Origin: Paraspadella gotoi
Taxonomy: Eukaryota > Animalia > Chaetognatha
Direction of reading: 5' to 3'
Length of the DNA stretch: 64,000 bases
Assembly: GCA_051294375.1 (NCBI GenBank)
Contig: CM119267.1
Location: forward strand, 12,843,081-12,907,080
This document shows, piece after piece, positions 22,790-35,077 of this stretch (positions within the stretch are counted from its first letter, which is position 1; each line of letters opens with the position of its first letter). The position numbers were made by a program, and so were the translations under genes. The notes below the pieces were generated by a model, which did no database searches, was not told the DNA's origin, and worked only from the letters and a program-made list of their open reading frames with translations.

Positions 22790-25700
22790 GTCGGATCTGC
22801 TTATCAGCAGATCCCGACTCCTATAACTCACTTTGTCGGTCCGTCGGTCCGCCCCCTCAATATTGTCGGGCACACACTTATATCATGTCAGAACATCGAA
22901 TTATTGATAAATTATGCAAAAAAAACGATGTCCGTCCGTCCGTCTGTCGGTCCGTCCGTTCCACCTTAGCAAAAAACTCCAATTACTCGTGATTGTATGG
23001 ATGGATTGGTATGAAATTTTGTGTGTGGGTAGGAAACTGTGTGATTGAGATGGATATGAAGTTTCGAGGGAATCGTGCGAGTGGAAATTGGTTTAAATGG
23101 AAAAACAAAAAAAATATATTTCACTATTTTGAACGCCAATTGCTTATGAGTGGATAGGGCAATTGACTTGAAATTTTGTATGATGGTAGGGAAGTGTGTG
23201 ATTGAGCTGTATATAAAGTTTCGATGGAATCGTGCGAGTGGAAATGAGTTAAAATGGAAAAAACAAAAGTCATATTTACTTGAAGTATTTTTACTTAAAT
23301 TTACTCATAATTATTATGTTTATTAAAAATTGGATAGATAAATCGAAATGGAATTTTGTGTGTGGGTAGGAAAGTATGTGATAAAGCTGGATATAAATTT
23401 TTTGATGGAATCGTAGGAGTGGAAAAGAGTTCAAATTAGAAAACCAAAAGACACATTTATTTGAATTTTTAAAGTTTCTCTCTCTCTATCTCTCTCTGAT
23501 TGATTGATTGATTGATTGATTGATTTGATTGATTGATTGATTGATTGATGATTGATTGACCAAATTATGCCAATTGACAAAAATATGCCAGTTGACCAAA
23601 TTCTTAAAATTGACCAAATTCTGCAAGTTGATCAAGTTCTGCAAGTTGACCAAATTATGCCTGTTGACCAAATTATGCCTGTTGACCAAATCATGCCAGT
23701 TGACCAAATTATGCCAGTTGACCAAATTATGCCAGTTGACCAAATTAGGCCAGTTGATAAAATTATGCCAGTTGACCAAATTATGCCGGTTGACCAAATT
23801 ATCTTAATTGATCAAATTATGTCAGTTGACCAAATTATGTCAGTTGACCAAATTATGTCAGTAGACCAAATTATGTCAGTTAACCAATTTATGTCAGTTG
23901 ACCAAATTATGCAAGTTGATTAAATTTTGCAAGTTGAACAAGTTAGCTTATTACCACTTAATTATCGATTGACCTGGAATTTTGTATGTGAGTAGGAAAG
24001 TGTGTGATTGAACAGGAAACCAAGTTTCGATGGAATCTTTTGAGTGGAAATGAGTTTAAATGGAAAAAAACAAAAAACCTGTTTCACTAATTGATTATGA
24101 TTCTTTTTCCTTTCATATTAAATGTATATGCAGGATGTATTAATAAATCAAATAATTAATCAGTTAATTAATCAATTAGTTAATTAATTAATCAGTCAAA
24201 TAATCTGTCCATCCGTCCCACCTTAGCAAAAAGTTCCAATAACTCGTGATTGGCTGGTTGGATTGGAAAGAAATTTTGTGTGTGGGTAGGAAAGTGTGTG
24301 ATAAAGCTGGATATAAAGTTTCGACGGAATCGTGTGAGTTTAAGAGGAAAAAACATAAGTCGCATTTACTAAAATATTTTTAATTATTTTAACCAATAAG
24401 TACTCTAATTAATCATAATTGGATGGATAGATTGAGTTCAAATTTTTTGTGTGGGTAGAAAAATGTGTAACAATGCTTGATGTAAAGTTTCGGTGGAAAC
24501 ATACGAGTGGAAATGAGTTTTAAATGAAAAAAATATGAGTCACATTTACTTGAATCTTTTTACTTATTTTAACCCATAATAGATTGAGATGAAATTTTGT
24601 GAGCGGGTAGGAAAGTGTGTGTAGAAGCTAGATATAAAGTTTTGACGGAATTGTGCCAGTGAAATGAGTTTAAATGGAAAAAACATAAGTTACATTTACT
24701 TGAGAAAGAGAGAGAAAGAGAGCAGAAAAATGAGCATAGGATCGTCGCAATTGCAAAGAGAGAGAGAAAGAGAGAGAGCAGAAAAATGAGCATAAGGATC
24801 GTTGCAATTGCAAAGAGAGAGAGAGAGAGAGAGAGAGAAAGAAAGAAAGAGAGAGTCCGAAATAAAAACTAGCGAATATAAAAGTTATTTTACTCACTGA
24901 ATAAAAAAAATTAAAATATTTACAAAATACATAAAATTGATAAAATTATTATTCCGATAACATTGTTTAATCACATGCAATATATCTAGTAAGGCGGGCC
25001 AAAATTTTTTAACTTCTAGTTCTCTCAAAAAAATTTCTTTTTTCCTTCTACTACTAAATCGATTTTCAATGTAACTTTTTGAATTAGTTCATTGGGTTGT
25101 TGCACTGAAGCTTTTAAATATTTATTAATAATATAACAAATGACAAAAAAAATTTTAAAAATTTGATTTTTTTAAGATCGGGTTCTTGGAGAGCTTAAAA
25201 AGTGAAATGAAAGTTAGTACTATAATTTTTTCAAATTTTGACAATAAATTGGTTAAAAATAGAAAAACCTTAAAAAATTATCATCATCTTCATTATTGGC
25301 TGAATTTTATTTTTTTAAATTTTTCATTAATAAAACCAAAAAAAAAGTTTTATTAATAACCTTTATCTAACTTTTAAAGCTCTATCAGAATCTATAAAAA
25401 AATTGATAAGTAAAATTTTAAAAATTATTTTCATTTTCATATTATTTAATAATCGCTTAACCATTAACCATTTGAGAGAACTTTTAGTTTTCAACCTGTT
25501 CCGGCCTAATATCTAGTGGGGATGAGCATCGTTTCTAAACAACTCATTGTTTTATATCAAATTTGGTAGCGTTGGATAGACAATTACAAACATTATATAC
25601 ATGCATAATTTCATCATAATCCGACAATCCGTTCAAAAGTAATCGCCAAAAAGCAATCGCAAAAATCGCTCTTCAAACCGATCAACTTTCCTTTAAAATC

Positions 25701-27264
25701 AAGCTCGTTTTGATCCAACAAAGATTAGTACTATGCGTAGTACTAAGCTTTAGAACCGGCGCACAGTGAGATCCTGGGCCTGAATTTTTCAGAAAAATTC
25801 CGTTCAGTTAAAAATAATTTTTTATTATATATTAATTATAAAATTTTTTTTTAAATTTATTTGAATATTAAAATAATTAAAACATAATTTTTTATAATTT
25901 TAAATAAATAAAATAAAATTATTTTATAATAAAATATATATTATTATCAGATTATATAATAATAATAAAATAATAATAAAATAATAATAATAATATAAAA
26001 TAAATAATTATAATTAAAAAATAAAATTAAAAAATAAAATATTTATATTTTATTTATTATTATTATTATTATTATTAAAATAAAAAAAATAAAATTTTTT
26101 TTGATTTATTATATTTATATAATTATTATATTTTATTAAAATTAAAATTTTATTTTAATCTTATATTTTTTAATCATATCATAATAAAAAAAACTTTTTA
26201 ATATATATTATTATCTTTCTCAGATTGAATAAAAAAATTATTTTTAACACTATAATTATATTTATATAAATATTTTTATATATTATATAATAATATAAAA
26301 AATTTAAAAATTTATTTTTCTAGCATTTGGGACTCACAAGCAACACTGTGCGACGATTTTTGTTTTTAATAAGTTTTTATTGGACTTTTTTTAAATTTTG
26401 CATTATATTGAGAAAACGCCTTTGAATTAAGCCCGCGCTCTACCTGATTTGAATAGTAAAATCAATACAGTTTCTGTCAATTGTGATCAAAATTGAAAAA
26501 AATGAAGGCTTGACTATGCAGTTTTCACCTAAAAAAACCAGTTCATTTGATTGCTTTATCAAGCAATTAAGATTGCAAGAATTTTAATTTTGCTTTTTTT
26601 CATCATGTAGAGAAGACAATAAGGTTTCAGAAACTGTACTAATAGGTATGATTTGGTCTTTTTACTCAAGAGCCAGGAGGTTTTCTTGGAATAGGGAAAA
26701 AACAGCCTGACCAGTCCATTTAAATACCATTTTTGGGCATGATAAAATGGGAATTTCGATCGCGCTCTACCTCCATTGGCTTCCCAAGACGCCAAGCTTT
26801 CAAAATCTGCCCATATTGACATAATTTGTTTTGGCCTTGACTATGCAGTTTTGAATAGAAGTGAAATATAAAGGAATCTTGATCGGAGCTTCGATTCGAA
26901 CGATGCTCATCTCTATATCTAGTAAGGCGGGCCAAAATTGAACACTTTTTATAACTCCTAGTTCTCTTTACCTTTTACTACTAAATCGATTTTCAATGTA
27001 ACTTTTTGATTTAGTTCATTGGGTTGTTGCACTGAAGCTTTTAAATATTTATTAATATATAATAATTATATAAAGTTTTGACGGAATTGTGCCAGTGGAA
27101 ATGAGTTTAGATGGAAAAAACATAAGTCACATTTACTTGAATCTTTAATATTAATGATTACTAATAAATGTTTTAATTAATTAATTAGTTAATTAATTAA
27201 TTAATGTGAAAAAATGATGCAAGTTAAAAAAATCTTAAAAGCATAAAGATCGTCGCAATTGCAT

Positions 27265-27310
<46 letters not shown>

Positions 27311-27535
27311 AGAGACAAGGAGACATAAAATAAAATAAAGGATATTTGTTTGTTTTGATAAAATGTAAACAAAACATATTTAATAACTGTCCTAACCCAA
27401 TTTTAAGAGCATCGATGATGATAAGTTGAATATAAATTTAAAATTAATTATTACATATTAAAATTAATTAATTAATTAATTGATTAATTAATTAATTAAT
27501 TATCGTAGGCAGATCCGACATTGTTTGCTCAAACT
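22790..27535 (+). mobile_element. Large composite Helentron/HINE-like element, family H1, with nested repeats
   Basis: 5' hairpin ggatctgc-ttatca-gcagatcc, (GTCC)n, repeated gaaattttgtgtgtgggtaggaaag...gtggaaatgagtttaaatgg units, and 3' subTIR gcagatccgac + attgtttgctcaaac at 27509-27534. Confidence 0.6.
23555..23940. repeat. 18-bp tandem minisatellite (GTTGACCAAATTATGCCA), ~20 copies
   Basis: Direct tandem array with no spacers. It explains the VDQIMP / LTKLCQ / NWHNLV ORFs. Confidence 0.92.
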
Positions 27536-28419
27536 TGTTTTATATAATTTTTTAATTTTTGGCTTAAAATTATAATTTTTTTAAATTTTGACAAACTTAA
27601 AAAACTTAATTAACTTAATAACATAATTTTGGAATAAAAATTATATTTTCTTATATCAACTTTTTGCAAGGAATACAAATCCATGAATAAAATTTTGAAA
27701 TTATTATTTTTTAACTTTAACCTAATTTTTATTTATAATTATTAATAAATATAGTTAACTAACTTTTTTATAAAATGTAAAATTTAGAAATAAACTTACC
27801 ATAATATTTTTATAAATCTTTATTTTTATATTTTAAAAGCACATGTAAATTTTATAAAATTTTAATAATTTGATTTATTATAACTTATAATTGATTTTCT
27901 TTTTATGACAATTTTATATACATGAAAAATCGTCATTTTCGACAAGAAAGATAAAATTATAAAAAAAAATGGTCATCGCCATCAAATTCTACAGACTTGT
28001 TTACACTAAAATAGCTATGTACCTTATTCGATTTGTAATATTTTGTTATTTTTAAACGCCCTAATATACAATTAAAAGAGAGAGAGAGAAGCTGAACAGC
28101 CCCGTTACTTATCCAAGAAGCAGCAGTACCTATGGCGCCGGAGGTAGCACGAGCTCCTCCCAACCCAAGGGATTCGCGCCCTGCTGATTCACACAAAAAA
28201 AGCAAAAATAAAAACAAAAAAAAATCGTTTTTTACATTGGAAAGCCTACAATATATATAAAAATTGTTTTGTAAAAAAGAGAGAAAGAGAGAGAGAGAGA
28301 AAGAAGCTGGAAAGCCGCTGCAGAGCTTTTTAGACGAATCAGAAGAAGCAGTGACGGAGAAAAAGATAGAGAGAGAGAGCGACATAGAATTAAAAGGGAG
28401 AGAGAGAGAGCAACATATA

Positions 28420-28727
28420 TTGTATTTTGATGCTAGTGCGGAGTACAATAAGTATTCCCCGATCTAATACTTAAGGGAGTGTCTTTTCATACAATTGAAA
28501 CATTCTTTGAAATATTTTCCACTTCATTGATAGGGAAGCCAGGTACTCTGGGAGTGAATAAACGAGATTGTGAGAGAGTCTTGATTGAAAGCTTGCAGGG
28601 ACCTGCTATGTCATTATCTTGTAAGAGTGATGGAGGCCTTAAACCACCAAAGCCTGTCCAAAGTCAGGGGCAAGATAGCTTATTTATTAAATGAATGGAT
28701 AATTTTATATTGGTTGTACCAATTTCA
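28420..28727 (-). repeat. ~300-bp interspersed repeat (SINE-like or other non-autonomous TE)
   Basis: Homologous plus-strand copies at 44985-45241, 46140-46290, 46293-46607 and 52648-52804. Confidence 0.8.
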
Positions 28728-29305
28728 TCATTAATTAAAACGTTTTTGTTTTGTAAATAAAACAAACAAATATGAATATTGATATAAAACATGACAATTT
28801 CAAAGATCTCGATGATTAGAAGCCATATCTGAAGAGACAGTAATTATTGTTATGTGAAAGTGACAGAACCGTTCAATATAAGCAGTCCCTGAGCTTCGGA
28901 TCAGGCTGTAACACCATGTTACAGGTGGGTTAAGCGCCCCGTCCCTCTTAACTGCTAGGCGGCCACCGGGCTAGAACCCCTGACCTTTGGGTTGGGAGGC
29001 GAATGACTTGCCTCCGGCACCAATGGCCGCTGATGAACAGTTGGTGGATTTTAGTCCACCATACATCCCCCCCTCCCATAGGGAGAAGTCTGCTGCGTCT
29101 CTTCAGTGAATTGTTATTGTTGGTGGAAAGTTCGTCACCAAGTTGAGGCATGTCGCCTGATGTGTTGATGGCGGAAAGTGCATCGCCAGGTTGAGGCATG
29201 TTGCCTGAAAGTGTTGTTGTTGCTGTTGTGTTCGGAAGTCGGGCTCACCAATGAAGAGACAGTAATTATTGTTATGTGAAAGTGACAGAACCGTTCAATA
29301 TAAGC

Positions 29306-31073
29306 AAGATAGAGGCTCACCCTATCACCAGAACTACTCTCTCCCCCGGGCCTTCTCTTCCCCCTCTCAACGCCTCCTCCTCCCTTCGTCTTCCCCTCCT
29401 CTTCATCCCCGGAGTCACGGATAGAGTCTTGGAGATCGGACTCACTCTCTCAACTTCTCCTCTCGGTCTCGGGGTCTGCAAACCTTCCCTCTCCCTTCTC
29501 CCCCTTTTATGTACCCTTGATACCCTTTGTTATATCTGTTTTCCTATTACCATTACATACTTACCCTACTTACCTCTTTTTCCTGATGAGAGACTAGTTA
29601 GTACCTACCTTTAGCTAGATACCCATCTTCCCAGTGGCGCCCAATGTGGGGCTCGAACCCACGACACCGGGATTAAGAGTCCCGTGCTCCCGTCTTCTCG
29701 CCAAACTCCTGCTCTCTGCCCTTTTGTTACTCCACTCCCTACACCCCTCCTCTCTCCTGTTATTGCATAAATGGCACTCATCCATTTTCCCTATGAACTT
29801 CTCGAAAAGCCGAATTTTAGATTTCTGGATTTAAATTTTTAATTTTGAATTTCAAAATTCTTCTATAAAATTTTTTTTCTCAAACGTAAATTGTTACTAG
29901 TTTTAAATTTTGATTGTGTGTTTTATCATTTGTGGAGAATTTTAATTGCTAGTTTCAGAGTATAATTCATTGCAACATTTATTCTTCCTTGTCATCTTTT
30001 CCCACTAAATTTCGAATTCTGAAACTTTTAAAACAATTATTAATTTTCCTTAAAACGCTTCCTGTTTAAAAATTTCATTGCATTTTATTAATTCGTAGTG
30101 TGTTTTATTTGTTAATCTCACAGTATGATTCAATCCAAGTTGCATATGTTTTTTCTTTTCCGTCATGTTTTCACGCTAAACTTTCTGCAGAAATTTGGCT
30201 GATTTTCCCCCCCCTTTTATATATATTTTTTTAGTACATTTTCGCGATTTCATTTGTAAAACCCAATTATAGTTTAGTTTTCCTAAAAACAACAAAAAAA
30301 CAAAACAAAACAAAAATTGAATTTTGATCATTGTAAGTATCGTGCCATCTCCCTCCCCGGGCAATTGTAAACCCCTCGTACCCTCCTCAAAGTCAACCCC
30401 GCACAAGACTCAAGGTGAAAAATTAATCTCTTCCACCTTCCACCCTCTGACCGTCAATCCACGAGACTCAAGGCGACTTCCGGTTCCGCCCTCTCCAACC
30501 AGCGCCACTCTACCAACCTACCAATGAAGGCGTCGACACTAGAGGAGCCTAAGACGACATCCCCCCCTGCCCCCCCCCTAACAACGCGTCTAACCCACCA
30601 ATCCGCCTGACCCGGCTGGCGTCCGCCTCTGCCCCTACCTCTCCATGAACTCCACGCCCACACTAGGCCCACACCAAGATGATGGCGACGCCCACCTGTG
30701 ACATTCAAGACCCAAGTGGGCGTCTCCGACCAAGAGAGGGGCACAAGATAGAGGCTCACCCTATCACCAGAACCACTCTCTCCCCCGCGCCTTCTCTTCC
30801 CCCTCTCAACGCCTCCTCCTCCCCTCGTCTTCCCCTCCTCTTCATCCCCGGAGCCACGGATAGAGTCTTGGAGATCGGACTCACTCTCTCAACTTCTCCT
30901 CTCGGTCTCGGGGTCTGCAAACCTTCCCTCTCCCTTCTCCCCATTTTATGTACCCTTGATACCCTTTGTTATATCTGTTTTCCTATTACCATTACATACT
31001 TACCCTACTTACCTCTTTTCCCTGATGAGAGACTAGTTAGTACCTACCTTTAGCTAGATACCCATCTTCCCAG
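29306..31073 (+). mobile_element. Non-autonomous LTR element, family C: 329-bp LTRs, ~1.1-kb non-coding interior
   Basis: LTRs 29306-29634 and 30745-31073 with about 5 differences. TSD ataagc (5-7 bp, boundary ambiguous). tRNA-Lys PBS starts at 29635. PPT aagagagggg at 30732-30741. No gag/pol ORF. Confidence 0.88.
29635..29689 (-). pseudogene. 3' 55-nt copy of mature tRNA-Lys(CTT) including CCA (extended primer-binding site)
   Basis: Minus strand GAGCA-CGGGA-CTCTTAA-TCCCG-GTGTC-GTGGG-TTCGAGC-CCCAC-ATTGGGC-GCCA. Anticodon arm and T arm are intact; the 5' part is absent. Confidence 0.85.
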
Positions 31074-33513
31074 ATAAGCAGTCCTTGAGCTTCGGATCAG
31101 GCTGTAACACAATGTTACAGGTGGGTTAACTGTTAGGCGGCCACTGGGCTAGAACCCCTGACCTTTGGGTTGGGAGGCAAATGACTTGCCTCCGGCACCA
31201 ATGGCCACTGATGAACAGTTGGTGGATTTTAGTCCACCATATATCTAAATTTTCAACTCTTAATGATATCACACTTTTACAAGAATCAATCATAATTCGT
31301 AGTAGTTTTTATATAAAAATAGATAAAATTGATTTGTAAATAAAACAAACTAATCCGAATATTGATATTAAACATGACAATTTCAAAGATCTTGATGATT
31401 AGAAGCCATATCTAAATTTTCAACTCCCTATGATATCATACTTTTAATGATGGTAAAAAAGCGTAACGTCGACGACAACGACTAAGTCACAAAGAAGCCA
31501 TTCTAAATTATTATCTAGTCAGGACGGGCTTCGCCCTGTCTGGCGAGATAATTATAATTTTCTTTAATGAAATTAAGCTTGTCATTGTCGTTCACCAAGA
31601 AGCCATTCTAAATCATTATCTAGCCAGGACGGGCTTCGCCCTGTCTGGCGAGATAATTATAATTTTCTTTAATGAAATTAAGCTTGTCATTGTCGTTAAA
31701 ACAGAGCCAAGCATTAAATGATTTCGTTTTGTCCATTGAATTACAATATTTAAGGTCCACCACCAACAACATCGACTATCCCACAGGCAAAGACAACTAG
31801 ATTTAGAATATATATAGATAATAATTTATTAAAAATTTATTAATAATTTATTAATAAACAATGAAGCAGAATTTCTGAAAATCATGTCGACCCAGTTGTG
31901 GGATGTACGAATTTAAATTATAGACTATAGTAAAAGATTTTCGTAGATTAAAAAATTCCCACTAGTTTTATGTATTAAAGTAATAAAGTAAATAAACTTT
32001 TGTTCCCATCCTACACTAACTGACGAAGAGTAAGATTTCGCGTGCTCTATTATCCCGACACAGTTTTTTTTTCCAACCTCAACATTTTTTCTCCTTAAGG
32101 GATATTTCGTTTCAGTTTGTTTTGTTACTTAGCAACGAAAAATAAACGATCATTTGACATTTATACTTTCGTCATAGTGGTTATTACATAACATTGTCAC
32201 AATAGTCTCTTACCATAATTTATAATAAATGTTTCACCTACGTAGCCCAATGCCATTGGCAATGGTAATGTCCTGGTTATTGACAAGATATTCGATATTA
32301 CAATTTTATCGAGTAACAAGAAGAAAATCGAGTCAGTTGACCCACGATGATAATAATGAAGTCTCATTTCGTTATTCCGTCGTCTTCAAGAAACGACGAA
32401 TAAAGTTAAAACATTTAAGCTCCTGCAACAGTGATTTTCGAACTCTTGCTACTTAGCTTCAGTTCTTAGCTTTTTGATGATTAATAGACAACAATATTAT
32501 ACTTAGTGTAAAACGGAAACATTTATTGCAAACCCGAGGATAATGAAAATCGTATGCAACGATCAGGAAAGGAATACCGAAGTTTAAAAAATGGTCTCGA
32601 ACGTCAACCGAAAAAAATCGGGCGACTCTACAGGCAGTGTAAGAATTACAAATAATTTTTCTAAAACGTTATGTGCTTAATGAAATAATTAAATAAATGT
32701 AAAGAGTAATTGAGTACTTTGCAAGCATAAAACATTCTGAGAGCTAGTTGTAAACCGTCGAGTGTTCTGAGATGTCTTTTAAATGAATTCTGCGACTATT
32801 TACAGTGTGTCCCAATGGTGCAAATATTAAAAAAAAATAATTGTTTTTAAAAATATGCTAATTATTTTGATATTTAAATTCTTTTATTTCAAGTTTTGAG
32901 CGATTGAATCATTAAGCCAGAACAAAATGGTTGCTATTTATTCAATAAATTGTTATTAAATCAATTTAAAAAGTAATATGTATAAAGTTAGTAGATAATT
33001 TTAAAAAGAATGAATATTTCATTATAAAAGCTCTCTAGCTTAAAATATGAGGTTGTTTCTCACTGTCCTGCATCTAAGAAAACGATTTAAAAGATTATCT
33101 AATAAATATTATAAAAATGTTAATTAGATATTAAAAATTATTATTTAATAATTTTTTTAAATCATTAAAAACAATTTTGATCAATTACTTTATGTAATAA
33201 ATACAGGAGTTTGCTTTGTTCAATTTTTAAAATTTAATTATCCTATGAAATGGTCCATACCTGTGCGCTTATTCATGATAATAAATTAAAGTTTTTCGAT
33301 CTGGTATAGCCATAGCCATAGACAATAAAATTTAAATGCTAATATATACAGCATTAAAAAAAATCTATCATGAGCATAGATAAGTATTAAAATGTTTTTT
33401 GTCAAAAATGTTTTCTTCTGAGGGTACTAGCCTAATTAAAATTATTATATTATTATATTATATTTATATTATATATAAAATTATTATATTATTATATTAT
33501 TATATTATATTAT

Positions 33514-33706
33514 TGAAAAGACAGTGATAAATGTTATTTATTAATGACAGAACAGTTCAATATAAGCAGTCCGGATCAGGCTATAACACCGTGTTAAAAG
33601 CGCCCCATCCTGGCTAAAAACCTGGACCTTTGGGTTGGGAGGCGAATGACTTGCCTCCGGCACCAATGGCCGCTGATGAACGGTTGGTGGATTTTAGTCC
33701 ACCATA
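33514..33706 (-). mobile_element. TRIM family A solo LTR (internally deleted)
   Basis: TGAAAAGAC...CCACCATA with TSD ttat. Confidence 0.82.
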
Positions 33707-34027
33707 TTATATTATACTATATAAAAAACTATTTTTTTGAAATCTAAAAATTTTTTGAAGGATTCTGATAAAGCATATAAAGTTAATCAAGAAATATAAT
33801 TACAGCTTTTAAAAATTCTTACGTTTTCTTAGTAAAAATCTTAAAAAACTGATAAAATTATCGAAAGATGATGATGACGATTTTTAACAGTTTTTCTTAT
33901 TTTTAATCTACTTATCATAAAAATATTATTGGAAGACGTTTGAATGTTTATACAACAAATTTTAAATTGTTATATAAATATTCAAACATCTTCTACAGCA
34001 ACGAAACGAAAGGATAATCACAATGTC

Positions 34028-34268
34028 TGAAGAGACAATAATTATTGTTATGTGTTAGTGACAGAACCGTTCAATATAAGCACTAAGCAGTCCCTGAGCT
34101 TCGGATCAGGCTGTAACACCGTGTTACAGGCTGGTTAAGCGCCCCGTCCCTCTTAACTGCTAGGCGACCACCGGGCTAGAACTCCGTACCTTTGGGTAGG
34201 GAGGCGAATGACATGCCTCCGGCACAAATGACCGATGATGAACGGTTGGTGGATTTTAGTCCACCATA
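34028..34268 (-). mobile_element. TRIM family A solo LTR
   Basis: TGAAGAGAC...CCACCATA with TSD tgtc. Confidence 0.9.
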
Positions 34269-35077
34269 TGTCTAAAAATAACAAAAATATTTAAAAATGA
34301 ATTTTACTTTTGTAGACTACTTTTTATGAGCTATCTGAATCTGGTCTTAAAATTAAAATTGTTTAAAAAAAATTTGTTTGCCTTTCCTATCTATTCCTTT
34401 CCTAATCATTAAAAATTTAATTACTAGGGTATAGAGCCGAATAAGAAATTTTTTGTCCAATGAAAGTATACTTAAAAATATAAAAATTTTCGTTTGAGCA
34501 TGTACTCACTCACTGCCATTGAGTGCGGCTACTATACTTTTGAGGATTTTACCGTAACGCCGTGAGCGAGCTAGTGTTTTCTGACTTGCTATTTATTTAT
34601 AGAGATTCGAAGAATGTAAATTTAGTAATATTTATTGTAGTAGACATAACATGAGCGTGAGACGTGAAGCAAGTAAAAGGGAGACAAAGCAAGTCGAAGG
34701 GAGACTATTTCTAAAGATACAAAAAAAAGAACTTATTAAAAATAGTCAACTTTAAGCTTAACCATAAAATTACAAAATATCATTTTAAATGCTTACCGAC
34801 TGTCACGAATCATTGGTAACTTATCCTCTTAGTTTTAGGTAAGCACATCTCTTTTATATCTTTGGTTAAGGTACAATCATAAGGACTTACCAATCAGAGA
34901 GCGACTTTTAAAATACTTGATCAATCAGATACTTCGTAAGCAACAAAAATACGAATTCAATAATAAAAAGGGCATCAAACAACCGAGAGACTATCTCGTA
35001 ACAAATAAAAATTTAACAATACAAATACCGCAACCAAACTAAGAGATTAATTTTAGAATTTAATTTAATTTTCGTAA

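Larger units (their letters stand above)
28830..31241 (-). mobile_element. TRIM family A full element, one LTR interrupted by a second LTR element
   Basis: LTR 28830-29063. PPT complement catccccccctccc at ~29064-29077. PBS at 29238-29250. Second LTR split into 29252-29305 and 31080-31241. TSD tatc. Empty paralogous site at ~31400. Confidence 0.9.

Noticed and set aside
23486-23923. Repeat-protein ORFs (VDQIMP etc.) or a CRISPR-like array
   Set aside because: An 18-bp tandem minisatellite with no unique spacers, open in several frames, inside a TE, in a eukaryotic context with no cas genes.
29276-29614. Duplicated 112/124-aa ORFs in family C LTRs
   Set aside because: Low-complexity translation of pyrimidine-rich LTRs, with starts outside the LTR and no gag/env motif.
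29583-29620. CTGATGA in family C LTRs (and ctgatgaac in family A) as a hammerhead core
   Set aside because: No stem II followed by GAAA and NUH.
29635-29689. Functional tRNA-Lys gene
   Set aside because: Lacks the 5' acceptor strand, D loop and A box, has an encoded CCA, and sits at the PBS position.
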